Assembly (NCBI GenBank): GCA_047967505.1
Contig: CM106538.1
Length of the DNA stretch: 64,000 nucleotides
Reading direction: 5' to 3' (one strand)
DNA from: Dipteris shenzhenensis
Taxonomy: Eukaryota
Shown here: positions 47,824 through 60,143 of the stretch, one piece after another
Layout of the letters: the number at the start of each line of letters is the position of its first letter
Position numbering within the stretch: the stretch's first letter is position 1
Notes under the pieces: model-generated
What the model saw: the letters and a program-made list of their open reading frames with translations, nothing else
Databases searched by the model: none
Told to the model about the DNA's origin: nothing
Position numbers and translations under genes: made by a program

Positions 47824-47884
47824 GTTTTCTTCTGACAAATACAGAAAAAAGGCTTGAAGAATTGAGAGCACAAATTCATGCAGA
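47824..47884 (+). CDS. Host gene exon m (GFLLTNTEKRLEELRAQIHAE)
   Basis: tgcag|GT ... GA|gtatgt; no further exon found in the window. Confidence 0.82.
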
Positions 47885-47999
47885 GTATGTATTTCCCTGC
47901 ACTGGTTTCCCATCAATGCTTTAAACGAAAAGGGGGAAATAACCAAGAAAGGATTCCATTAAGTAAAAGAATTCCAATGGACCCATATTAATGGTCTGC

Positions 48000-50237
48000 A
48001 AAAAAAAAAGTATGAACGACAGTTATCTTTCTAACTCCATAACAGAACTGGTCAATTGACTTTTATGACCTGATTTGGATCTCGGGGCACTAATACCACA
48101 ACTCCCTTTATCCAACCTTGTTAACTATGGAGTATATAATTGCACTTGCAAAGAGAAACTCTGTTTACATTGCTGATTTTGTCATTAGCCACCAAATGCA
48201 TTGGTTTTTGTGTCCATACTCAATGATTCGATTGGGTATTGCAAGATGTGTCATTCTCAGGTCCCATGCATGGCCTTGTGCATTTGGATATCCATATTTG
48301 GCATGCAGTAAGACTGGCAGTAAGCTCCCAGAACGAATCTACAAAAGGAGTATAACATCTAGGCAAAGAGGTACTGCATCTGGAGTTATAAGCTGAGGGA
48401 CTCCTCCCATGCATGGCCTTGTGCATTTGGATATCCATATTTGGCATGCAGTAAGACTGGCAGTAAGCTCCCAGAACGAATCTACAAAAGGAGTATAACA
48501 TCTAGGCAAAGAGGTACTGCATCTGGAGTTATAAGCTGAGGGACTCCTCTCTGGATAAAAAATGGCTCCGTCTGAATTTGCTCCCTCATAGAAAACGTGA
48601 GGACCTGACTGTGTCAGCCACACCACAGAACGAAGTGATGTAGCAAGTACATCTCCTCGTTCTGCCAAACATGTGTGCAATACCCTGCCAGATCCTCTAG
48701 GCCTCTCTACAACCCCAAATGTAGTGCTGAGTGGACTGTATTGCTGTGAAGCACCGCAGGCATTTAGATCCGCAACAAAGGTCTGCCTTTAGGTGTTTAC
48801 CGGGACTTCACCGTCCTAGAATTGCAACAAGATTATTGAAATTTGTTGCTTTAGGTAGGATCTTCAAAGTCGTCTTTAGAACTGAGTCTGCTTTGGTATT
48901 GTATGCAAAAGTTCCCCCAATGTGCTCCACTGCAAGCTCCAGATCTAAGCTCATCTAGCATTCCTGAGTGTAAAAGTCGAAGAAGGAAAGTGTCTTGTGG
49001 GGAGACACTCCATATATCCATCAACACTCTCCTGGGTCCCATGGTAGGTGCTGAAGAGGGAATCCATCATAGAGCCAGAGGTGCCATGGATTACCCATGA
49101 TGAGATGGGTGAGGATTTTTGTAACATTGCCGCCCATCACTGCTCTAATAGTATGGAAAATGACATTCTCAATCAGGCCGTACTTCGCCAATCTTACTAG
49201 TCTCCACCACCCTCAATTGCATGAAGGACTATCTCGCCTCCTTGGTACCAAAGGATACGATTACCAAGTAAAGGAATCCAAGATGCCTAGCCAACCTATC
49301 TACCCTCTATTCGGTCGGTTCCGTATAGCCAATCAAGAGGGATAGCTGTGACAATCTGTATCGTACATCTGCGACTGCCTCCTAAGTCTTGTGTGACGAT
49401 GTGCCAATCCCAACAAAGGTACTCTTTGGAGACCCTCGAGGTGCCCATAGTCAAGGCCGGTCTACTCTCCCATTTGGACATTGCATGAATCCCGGGAAGC
49501 CCATTGGACTTTCTAAGCCAGCAAGGAAGTATTCCTTCCAGATAATGGGCCGTCCGGAGTTTTAGAGGGAACCCTCGAGAGGAAAACTCTAATTTGATGC
49601 CACTAGGAGAAGATGGAAGTCTAATGTTGGGGGAACCAATCACCACCTCTATGAGGAGTGCGGCCCTAGATTTGCTAAGTGAAGAAGTCCTTCCAAGGCT
49701 CATTGCTAGGAAGGCTTTCTGTAATGGCCAGCTTACCTAGCAAGGCCCTGCATTGGGTTGCCAAGATCAATAATAATGAGGCCTTTCTAATGTCTAGGTG
49801 AGCCCTCACATGTCTCCAAGGCATCAAAATTTAGCTGGGAAAAAGCCCTTGCAAGGAATTTGGTGTCACTAGGAAGAGGCTTTGAAGGGAGTGTTGCTTG
49901 ATATTAATCCCAATTGGCTCCTTGAAGGGTTAGAGCCAAATACTCTACATATTAGAGTATGTCTACGTTCCACAATGATGTCGCCTTGGAGAACTCTGAG
50001 CTTGTCTTGTGTAAAAGAGATGATTTTTCCGATTGGTGGAGGTAAGGGAGGATCAATCATTGCCATTATATTGTTCAAGGGTGGAAAGGCCGTCTTGAAT
50101 CTCAAGTAGAACGTTCCAACCCTACAAGGGAAGGAAGTTGGCTGAAGGGATAGGGAGAAGCTGGCTGAATGGATAAGGAGAGATTGGCTGAACAGGTTAG
50201 AGGGATTGAGTGTATGATTGATGAGGAGAGAGGGAAA
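48000..50237 (-). mobile_element. Decayed L1-like LINE 5' part (ORF1 remnant)
   Basis: RRHTLICRVFGSNPSRSQL (DUF4283-like start) and a degenerate Cys/His region; the left boundary is uncertain. Confidence 0.6.
48263..48548. repeat. Perfect 143-bp tandem duplication
   Basis: 48263-48405 equals 48406-48548, no mismatch seen. Confidence 0.95.
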
Positions 50238-50268
50238 TGTGTGTGTGTGAGTGAGAGAGAGAGAGAGA

Positions 50269-50748
50269 TTGTTTCTTTGGAGATGTTTAGTGGGCATTTT
50301 TTCAGTAGGGGTCACTTTGGCTAAGCGCAGGATTGCAGCTCATTGTTTGAGATGTTCCAGTTCTTCTGAGACTGCTCCACATCTTCTGTGGTTTTGTCCT
50401 CACTCCAGAGCTCTCTTGGATTGTATTTCACATAGTCTTCATCTGCGTTTCCCTACTCATCGATTTGGGAAATATTTCTGGATCTTTGGGAGGTTGACTT
50501 CAGTGCAGGCTCAATACTCTCTCTTTTGTCATTGGGTTAGATCTTGGGCACTTTGGACTGTTTGGAAACAAAGGAATCAGGTTTTCTTGGGGCAATCATT
50601 GCTCCAACCTTATGAGTTTTTCAAAGCCTCATTACGACAATCTCTGTATGATGCTTGTCGTGAGGATGACTTGGATGTATCTTCTTTAGAGGTGTTTTCC
50701 CACTGCTTCTGATTTTTTTGAATTAAATACAGTGGTTTCACCAAAAAA

Positions 50749-50749
<1 letters not shown>
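50269..50749 (+). mobile_element. 5'-truncated L1 (zinc finger and 3' end) with poly(A) and TSD
   Basis: LFLWR...HCLRC...HLLWFCP...LWTVWKQRN; A7 tail; GTGAGAGAGAGAGAGAGA on both sides (50251-50268, 50750-50767). Confidence 0.9.
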
Positions 50750-50767
<18 letters not shown>

Positions 50768-50794
<27 letters not shown>

Positions 50795-53700
50795 GAAAAA
50801 AAGGTCATTAAAGTCTTTGGAAGACCGATGGGTCTATGAGACTGTGAAAAACCTGATACAATGAGCTGTGGTAGTGGAGCTACTAAACGAGCATCCACAA
50901 CAATCCATAATGCAAAAAATGCAAAATGGCAGTACTAAGTCCTAAGTACAACATAGTCATATCTCGACTATATATATCAATCTCATCATCATCGTTGGCA
51001 TCATCATAGCCATCATCATCATCATCATCGTCATCAACAGGACATCAGGATGGATGAGGCTGTGGAAGTGGAGGCATGAGGTCGGCAATAGAACGCTGTC
51101 GCCCCCTCAAGGGTGCAGTCCTGGTACGTCTCCTGGTTGTAGCTCTACGTCTAACCAAGGCCACTGTGACCCCCGTCGGTTGGGCTCCGACCCTAAACAA
51201 GGAGGGGATGTCCCCAAGTGTGATCTGTGAATCAATCCTCTGTTTGAGCTGTCGGGTCACAGGCTCCGGGTCACGGTCATGTCGAGGTCTCGACTCGTGG
51301 GGGTCTATGTGATTTGGCTGAAAGAACTCCGTGATAGAGCTCTGAGAGGTATTAGTCGAAGGAGAAGTTTGCTCATGTCTCCGTGCTCGGAGTATCCTAT
51401 TGCGGTGTCTGAGCATCTCATGAATGAAACCATTCAAGCATCGCTGGTCTAGGTAGGAGAGGACACGGGCCAACATCCCATAACTATCTCTGAAGAGGCA
51501 GTAGAAACGCCCTCGGATCTCATAGTAAACAGGACATCTGAAGATGAAATGCTCCTCTGTCTGAACCTCCTGCATGTCACACAGTGTGCATATGCGCCTC
51601 CCCCTGGGTAACCGCTCTGCTCAACCGCTCTCGATACGAAGTCTGTGTGAAGAGACCCGGAACTGCCCAAGGGAGATCCTCAGTGAGTGGGGTAGGTGAA
51701 TCTGCTTCTATCTTGGTGGATCAATGAAACCCTCCGCTGTGATATGTAGGAATTGATCTCTGTAGAAGCCCAGCTTCACTGGAAGATCACTTGAGCCCAA
51801 CCAAGTGCGGAATGTGTGTAGCTGTAGTAGATCCTCATGGATAACCTGGTTGACCTTGTGTGATAGGAGGGGAGAGAAAGGAGCATCCATGCTGTATTGG
51901 AAAGGAGGTAGTCTGTCCATGTGGAGCCTTAGTCCTGCAAACCATCTCTCTGTGTGTGCATACCAACACCTCTGATCTCCCCCTGCTACAAGTGCCATAG
52001 AAGAGGACAGTGCTAGCCATGGTATCTTGCTACGCCCGGATGTGTAATCCCCATACTCCCTGACTCGGTACAGATATGTAATGACCTGAAATGCAGCATC
52101 TGGCTGTAATGGGGGTGACCCAAACTCTGCTCGAATGATCTGGTGAGGGACAGATGGCTTGCCACGGATCATCCGTGATAACATGAGGACCTGTAGCCCC
52201 TCCACCCTGGCCCACTCTGTATCGGACAAATCTGGAACAGCATGGGCTGCCATACATCCCTGCAAGGCGGACCAAGGAGTCAAAAAGCAACCCTTTGGTC
52301 CGTGGATCCTGAAAATGAGAGCGGAAGCACTGTCTCTCTAGTCTAGCAAATGAAGCATATCCTCTTCTCAGGCGTGCCTGCATTGCGGGTCTCATGGTGA
52401 AGGTGGGTCCGGAAAAGACGACCTCCAGATAAGTGTATGATGAAACTACCTCAAGAGGGGACCCATCAAATGTGAAATGCTCATCGCGCATGACGACTCA
52501 AGATGTATTGAAGATCATAACATTGGTTTTACCCAAGTTGACCTTCAAATCATGAGACTCACAAAAGGACTGTAGTGCATCCAGGTGTCTCTGGAGCCCC
52601 TCTGCTGAGGAAGACAAGAGAGCCATGTCATCTGCATAAAGTAATATCTGGATCAGTGTGCCCGTGAGAGAGCAGCCTACCCCACCCTGTGCTTGCATTA
52701 CTGTCTCGAGCTTGTCGATGTAGAGGCCAAACAAGGTAGGTGATAATGGGCACCCTTGTTTGACCCCGATAGTGCTCATGATCTTTTCTAGCCATCTAGA
52801 TCCTGTCTGGACTTTGCCTGAAACTCGTTCATAAAGTGTCATGACAGCCCAAATGATCTCCTGGTCGTAACCCAGATCCTGTAGGCGTCGTATGAGGCAG
52901 GCTCTTGGAACGGTGTCAAATGCCTTGCGGAAATCCACAAAACAACAGTAAACCCTCTACTTCCGTGCCCTCGCCTCCTTGATGATACATTTGAGTGTGA
53001 GAATGTGGTCCATGGTCCCATGATCCCACCTGAAACCGGCCTGTCCCGCTGCTCTGAGTCCTCGACACTCCGCAAATCTGCTGACCTTAGAATCAAGTAC
53101 TGATGCATAAATCTTGGACATGACATGTCCAATCATAATGGTCCTGTAGTTCTCCGGGTTCATGGGATGCCCTGCCTTGTGGATGGGTGAGATAGTGTTG
53201 ATGGTCCAGGTGCATGGAAACCCCAAGCAAATGGCTTCATTAAATAGCTTGGGTAAGATCGGGGCTAGGAGGTTAATCTCATATGCAATGAACTCAGTGC
53301 ATAGTCCCTCATGATCCTTCGCTCAGCCATTATGAAGTTTCATTATGGCATCCTTTCACACCCCCCCCCCCCCCCCTAGTGAAGAGGGTGCAGGATGTGG
53401 GGCGTGGCATATGTGATAGGTTAGGGGCTGCCTGATTTGGGATATCATAGAGCGTGCAAGCATAATTAGACCACACCTGAGTGTCAGTGAGTGGTGGGGG
53501 GGACCGTCCCTCTAGAAATCTCCGCCAGAAGTTCTTAGATTTGTTATTGAACAAAATATTTAGTAGCTCCTCCTCGTTCTGACTCACCAAGTCTAGTTTC
53601 TTCTTGTGTACCAAACGGTGGTACTCGTGTAGCGTCTCTGGTTCGCTCGGAAGGCAGATTTTTGTTTCGAATCTGAGCTGACGGCGTAAAGTCTTATACT

Positions 53701-53925
53701 CATCATCGTACCAGCTATGATAGGGTACGGTCCCAGGAGGTGGTGGGCGGGTGGAGCGGGCGGTGTGGGGAAAGGCGTGAAGAGCGGCCTCATGTAGTGA
53801 GCGAGTGACTAGGACAGCACGGTCTTCTAGTAAGGGTATAATGTCAATGTATGCGAGAAGTATGTACAGACGGCCAGAGTAAGTAGGTGAGTGATCGCGA
53901 TCAAAGCGTATATCATGGTAAGTGG
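50768..53925 (-). mobile_element. RTE-X-like LINE, longest copy (linker, full RT, zinc finger, tail, 3'UTR, (TC)n)
   Basis: NYRTIMIGH, DFRKAFDTV, GVKQGCPLSPTLF, LLYADD, YTYL, HFIFRCPVY; several stops and frameshifts. Confidence 0.92.
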
Positions 53926-53929
53926 AGTA

Positions 53930-55257
53930 AGAGTTCAACGGGGTAGAAGGTTGCTCTCGGTTGGGGTCCCTCCCAACCCGGCATGCTCTCTCAATCCTGT
54001 GCTCAGTCGCCCCTAGGGTAGTGGTCATGAAGGTGTGACCCATCTGGTGTCTGCCGTGCTCGAAGCTGCCTCAGTAAGGTCTCCCTGTGTCGGCGCATCT
54101 CCATCAAGTAGAGCCCTATGCACACCTGATCCTATAAATGTATCAATCGCGAGAGTGGGCCAAATCCAGTCCCCTCCTCATATAGGCAGTGGTAGCGTCC
54201 TCATATCTCATAGTAGGCCGGACAGATGCACAGAAAGTGCTCCTCAGTCTCAACTGTCTCCATATCACATATCATACATATCCTTTGCTCTCTGGGTATG
54301 CGTGCGGCACGTCCGGCCTCAATCCTGAGTTGGTGGAAGGAGACTCGCATCTGCCCAATGGCGATCCTGAGTGCGTGGGAGACCCCTCTGTCCTCAAGGT
54401 AAAGTGGCCTGATGATAAACCCATCTTTTGATACTCTCAGGAAGTGGTCATGGTAGAACTGAATCTTAGTGGGGAGCTCTTGGTACCCCCCCCATATCCG
54501 TGATGTGTGAAGCTGTAGGAGATCTAGCCATATGATACGGTTGATCTCGTCGTGCGGGAGTCACTTGGGGGGTGCATCCATACTATACTGAAAGGGGGGG
54601 AGCCTATCTAGCTGAATACCATGCCTCGCCAACCATGTGCCTATGCGTGCATACTAGTGTCTGCGTCGCTCTCTGCTAAGCGTATGGAAGCCTGTAAGGC
54701 CACTCTCGGTAGTCTCAAGTGAGGTAGGGCCCAAACTCTGTGGATGTATGTCACTGTCTGGAAGATGGTATCAATCTGAAGGGGTGTCATCATGAACTCT
54801 GCCTGTATGATCTCATGTGGGACTGAGGGCTTACTCCGAATCATCCTGGAGCCCATGAGAACCTGCAGCCTCTCAAATGTCCTCCATTCCGCTATTGGGA
54901 GGTCACACCCCCAAAAGGGTGCAGCATACATGGCCGTCGGTCGGACAAGGGTGTCAAAAAGCCAGCCCTTCGTCGGAGGGTCTTGGAAGTGGGCTTGGAA
55001 ACACGGTCTCTCTAGACGGGCCAATGCGCCCCGTCCCTGTGTGAGCCGTGCTCTAGCGGCGTGGGTCATCATGAAGAGGGGTCTTGAGAAAACCACACCC
55101 AAATGTGTGTAGGACTGCACCATCTCCACTGGGGCATCTCTGTATGTGAAACTGTGTCGGTGAAGCACCGCCCGTGAGGTATTCAAGATCAAAACCTTGG
55201 TTTTCCCAAGGTTGACTATCAAGTCCCTCTCTCTACAGAACACCTCCAAGGCTGAGA

Positions 55258-55258
<1 letters not shown>
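53930..55258 (-). mobile_element. RTE-X-like LINE 3' half, second subfamily
   Basis: VNLGKTKVL, YTHLGV, LFDTLVRPTAMY; homologous to 15670-17412. Confidence 0.85.
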
Positions 55259-55260
<2 letters not shown>

Positions 55261-55312
<52 letters not shown>

Positions 55313-56620
55313 AGAAGAAGAAGAAGAAGAATGTATTACCGTCCTCTGGGGGCCGAAATACCGACCCATGGGACCCATAAAAGTCACGATACAAGTGTCT
55401 CCTTCCTTTTATGAAAGGGGGGGAGAACAATTATTTTGAAATACATTGAGTAATACAACATTCACGATATTTAAGAACCTTGGCAATATAGTTACCCAGA
55501 GTGGCTATATGGCTATGTGAGAGCAAGCTTGCTAGGGTGTCGTGTTCCTCTGTAATATTGTTAAAGTCCCTCCTTATGCAAGCATACCGTGTGCATGTAA
55601 GGAGGACATGTGCTTCTGTCTCTACTTGTTCTTGGTCACACAGCTTGCAGACTCTTTGTTCCCTTGAGACATCTCCCCAAGCCATCCCCCTCTGCTCTTT
55701 CTCCCTCCATTCCTAGCTACAGCACCTCTTGGAGCTTCTCTTAACCTTCAGTTGCACCCTCTATACCTTCTCCCTCTCTCTGCCTCTATCGGAGCTACTC
55801 TCTCCCTCTAAGCTGCACTTTCTAGTCCACTATTGCTGTTGTGACCTCTATACAAGCATGGTGAGGAGACCATACATGTACTCTGTGTCCCATAGGAGCA
55901 AAAATGCACTGGGAGAATGGGTGCCTTGCACTTACAGCTTGAATGATTGGATAGTCATGAGAGGATCTGCCAAGGGTCCACATAAGCTTCTCAAGAGAAA
56001 AAGAGGTGATCTTTTGCATGAATGGAAGGGCCGCATCATGAAGTTCAAGCTTGGGAAGAAAGGATGGCTTGCAAAGGTGCAACACATATGGCCATAGTTA
56101 TGTATTTTTGTGCATTTTCTTCCTCCTTGGAGTAGGTGTCCCAATAAATGGGATTGACATGCGTACAATAGTTCTCATACTTAGCCCTTTTTCCAGCTGA
56201 TTGCCATTTTTGCTGCAATATTCCCAACAAAGCTTTATGAAATGCCTTCTCATCCATTTCCCGAATGACATCTCTAGGTAGGATGTTACTCTCCATCTTT
56301 GGAACCATCTTTGAATGTCTTGCCACCAACCAGAGAAAGAGAGGCTGAGAGAGGTTGAGCAGGTGAGGGGGGGCTGAGGCGGAGAGCTTGAGCGGAGGGG
56401 AGGCGGAGTGGGTGAGGGGTGGCTGAGGCAGAGAGGCTGAGCAGAGGGGCTAGCTGGGGGGGCTGAGTGGAGGGGCTAGCGGGAGAGGCTGAGGCGGAGA
56501 GGCTGAGCGGAGGGGCTAGTGGAGAGGCTGAGCAGAGGGGCTAGCGGGAGGGGCTGAGCGGAGGGGCTGAGAGGAAGAAGGGGAACTTTTGGAGAGAAGG
56601 GAAGGAGGAGTGGTGCTTAG
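55261..56620 (-). mobile_element. RTE-X-like LINE, third family: 3' end with (TTC)n(TC)n tail, adjoining a GC-rich repeat segment
   Basis: REQRVCKLCDQEQVETEAHVLLTCTRY zinc finger; 3'UTR differs from the main family; internal structure is uncertain. Confidence 0.65.
56341..56575. repeat. G-rich minisatellite (gaggctgagcggaggggctagc-like units)
   Basis: Repeated GGCTGAG / GGGGCTAG units. Confidence 0.9.
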
Positions 56621-57350
56621 AAGAGAGAGAGAGAGAGATTATTTAAGCCTTCGGAAGACCAAAGGGTCTATGAGACTAAAGAAACCGGATACAATGAGCT
56701 AAGGGGTGGAGCCACTAAGTAGGCATCAGCACCCATGATGACTACAAAAAGTCAGAAACCATAAACATGATCATAACGGCATCAATACAAAGGGATGAAA
56801 CTCTCTGGTCTCAGAAGATGGGAGCTGGCGAGTTGTCAACCTTGAGAAGTGGGCATCCTAGTATGAGGTTGGTGTGGTGGCCTCAAACCTTTGATGGAAT
56901 GATGGTGGCTATCAAAATGTGTGGCCTGCTGTGGTCCTGTGGCTATGGCCTTGCGACGAACGAGCGCTATTGTTACTCATGTGGGTTGTGTCTTCGGTTT
57001 GGGGAGCATGGAGGGAAGGTCCCTAATATGATATGCGCCTCGGTCTGCTCGCAAGCCTGTCGGACCTCTAGCTCGGGTCCTTGTGTTTGCCATCTCCATG
57101 AATCCTACTGGTTGGTGCTGCTTGGTTGGAAGAACTCCGTGATCATGCTCTAGGAGGGTCTAGATGTATACCTTGATCTCTCCTACGTGTCCTAAGCAAC
57201 TTCTCCCTATGTCAAGACACCCTCGTCGATTAAAGCTGCCCAAGCAACTTTGATCTAGGAGGATAGGAGAATGGATAGGGGCCTAAAAACATCCTTCAAG
57301 AGGCAATGATAGGCGACCCTTGATCTCGTAGTACATGGGGCATCTGAAAG
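56621..57350 (-). mobile_element. RTE-X-like LINE short 3' fragment with conserved 3'UTR and (TC)n tail
   Basis: FRCPMYYEI, SMITEFF, VTIALVRR; 3'UTR matches 8103-8220 and 50806-50900. Confidence 0.85.
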
Positions 57351-57377
57351 CGGAGACACACAAACACACACACACAC

Positions 57378-57577
57378 TTTTTTTATATAGTGAAAACTTT
57401 TGATTGATTATATTAAAAGAGTAACGACCTCAAAAATGAGGCAGCCAAAAGTACATCAACTGAAAATCTCAGTGTATGCTAGATATACATCATGATCTAT
57501 GCAGTGCGTTTGCAAGCAATCAAAGAAAGATTGCTGCAGAGAATGCTTAAAAAAACAAAATAGGGATCACCAAAGAC
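57378..57577 (-). mobile_element. Very short L1 3' end with poly(A), in a (GT)n tract
   Basis: Homologous to 57665-57775; T7 on + next to (CA)n. Confidence 0.75.
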
Positions 57578-57593
57578 ACTCACACACACACAC

Positions 57594-59575
57594 TTTTTTG
57601 AAGTAAAATCTTTGAGTGCTTTATATTACAATATAGCTAGCTAGAACAAAATGGTAAGTGGAAACATATATACATCCTGATCTATGTAGTGAGTTTGCAA
57701 AGAATCGAAGAGCGATTGCTGCAAGGAACAACGGAAAAAGACAAAAGTAGAAAAGATCGGATCACCAAAGACTCTGTGATTCCTAGCTTTCTAGAGAGTC
57801 CAGAGTGCCTAGTAGCGAACCCAGGTAAAGAACAAATCAAAATCTGGCCATTTAGGATGTATCTCAAACAACCAGAAATGCTTGCCAAAAACAGCCTGAG
57901 AGAATCTCAATCTCAATCTGTCGCGAAGGATACCCAAGAAATTCTGTCTTAGAGTAATTCCAAAAGATATGAGATACAGATTCGCGGGGAGCTAAACACT
58001 GATGACAAATAGCAAGAGCAATATGTCTGCAAGGTAAAAGCTGTCCTGACGGTACAACCCCTAGCAGAACACGCCATAAAAAAACATGTTGGCGTAATGA
58101 AAGCTTAGAGTGCCAAATCTGCTTCAATCTCTTTCTCCACCATTTGAGTGGACGGTGCAATGCCCAAATCTGATTAGCTCTGTCTGACACCCAAGGTGGC
58201 GATAACAAAACTTTATATAAAGAAGAGACTGTTATATGAGACAGCTTCAATCAAAGCACGAATAGATGAGTATAAAGGAAGCTCTAAGGCTGAAATGGCT
58301 GAACCATTCGAGTAATGACTTGCCATACTGGACGATAGTGCATGCCCAACCCATATTTTGCAGTAGCCAAAGGGAAGGATAAATTAATGCCATCATCATT
58401 GATAACATCTGCAACAACTGAAATCCCTTTTATATTAAGAAAATAAGAGCGTCGAGGCTCCTGCAAAGCCAAGGGAGTAGAGAAATCCACAAAGTATATC
58501 TCCGACATCAAGGTAATGGTCCTCCAATCAACCACCATTTTGGTGATGATCTTGTATATCACCGGCATCAAAGTAATGGGCCTCCAATCAGCTAATGACT
58601 CACAAATGGGCTTCTTGGGAAGAAGTTTAACCAACCCTCTCTTCCAAGCAGCCAGCATACATTGATTTTGCCAAGTAGTATTGATCATTTGCAGCAAAGG
58701 CATTTTCAGCAGATCCCAAAATGCCAAGAAAAATTCCACCGTGAGACCATCCCAGCCAAGAGATTTCCATCTACCATAGGATTTAACAGCATCACTTAGC
58801 TCTTGTTCAGTGTGAAAGGAGCTTCCAAATCCAAGGCCTATGTCAGAGAGACAATTGGAATGACATGCTGTAATTATTTTTCCCTTACTAGAATAACCTC
58901 TTGTGAGGGTGAATCAGCTTTTCCAAACTGAGAAGAAAAATGTCAAACACAAGCTGCAGCAAGCTCTGCCCTGGAAGAAGTCCAAACACCATCTGATAAC
59001 AAAGCCTTTCAAATATTTTGAGAAGACCTTCTGTAATGCAGCCCTTTAAAAAAGGCTTTAGAGGAGCAGCCTTTATCCAAAAAGGCTCTTTGTCTTGCAC
59101 GTGTTTCCCATTTAGCTATTTTCCTGCTGTCATTGTATTGCAGATAATATTTTGCCTGACATAAAGTCTGGTTTTCCTGATAAAAAAGATTCCTGAGGTG
59201 ACTCAACTCTGTCAAAGACTGACACTGAGATTTTGCCTAAGCAACATTATCCCTCAAGGTCTTCACATAGCTTTTGCCATAACTACGAATGACAGCTTGC
59301 ATTTGTGTAACAAAGGCTTCCCAGGCAAAATCAATACCAATGGTAGATTGTTGAGATAGTGGCTGAACCGCATCTTTAACTAGATTCTTGTATGCTTCAT
59401 GCTGCAAATAACTGTTGTTGACAATGAGCAATCTTCTGTGAACAAGCCTGTCATCAGGTATCTCATGGAGAGCAATCCTCAACCACAAAGGGGCATGATC
59501 AAAATGTGTGAACGTGTATCCACCCATAAATTGACAGTGAGAGAATCATAATGCTGAGGATCATAATCATTTGCC
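57594..59575 (-). mobile_element. L1-like LINE, internally deleted (end of EN, linker, start of RT, jump to C-terminus)
   Basis: FDHAPLW, DGLTVEFF, DWRPITLMPVIYKII, VFLWR...ICHQC...SHIFW; poly(A) then (GT)n on the sense strand. Confidence 0.87.
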
Positions 59576-59584
59576 CCAACCAAC

Positions 59585-59765
59585 TCCTCTCTCGCTCAGC
59601 CCCCGCTCACTCAGCCCCCCCCTCGCTCAGCCCCCGCTCAGCTCAGCCCCCCTCACTCAGCTCAGCTCTCCCGCTCACTCTCCCGCTCAGCTTCCCCTCG
59701 CTCAACTCTCCCGCTGCTTGCAGCTCCAACCTCACTCAGCTCTCCCGTCGCTTGCAGCTCCGACT
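59585..59765. repeat. C-rich minisatellite (gctcagcccccgct-like units)
   Basis: Repeated GCTCAGC / CCCGCT units, reverse-complement-like to 56341-56575. Confidence 0.85.
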
Positions 59766-60143
59766 TTTTTTTTTTTTTTTTTGGCCCCCCGCTTGCAGCT
59801 CCGACCTCCTGCAATCTCTTCTTTTCCCGCTGCTGCCTCCCCCATAATGAAGGGAACAGGGGGATGAGGACAAGAGACTAGGTGGGAGACCCTTCGGTCC
59901 AAATTTACATACGCGTGGAGATGGGGAAGCGGAACGGTGACAAGGGGAAAACACAAAAGCAACTTAGTCTGGAGGACTTCAACAAACGCAGCAACCGGAG
60001 TGGTTTGATAGTGGACAGCACCACGGCCCAGAAGAAAGGGGCCCACCCAAAGCCCATGCCGCTCACCACATCCTCGACCTCTATGGTTACCCCCACTATT
60101 TCACCACCATCATCTGCCTCATCATCTACGCCACCTCTCTCCT

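Larger units (their letters stand above)
3666..47884 (+). other. Host gene span (partial at both ends): large conserved plant protein of unknown function, 13 exons in the window
   Basis: All 13 exons have AG/GT ends and matching phases, joining into about 1606 codons without a stop. The peptide resembles, from memory and not from a search, a roughly 2100-2200 aa uncharacterised angiosperm protein. Confidence 0.9.
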
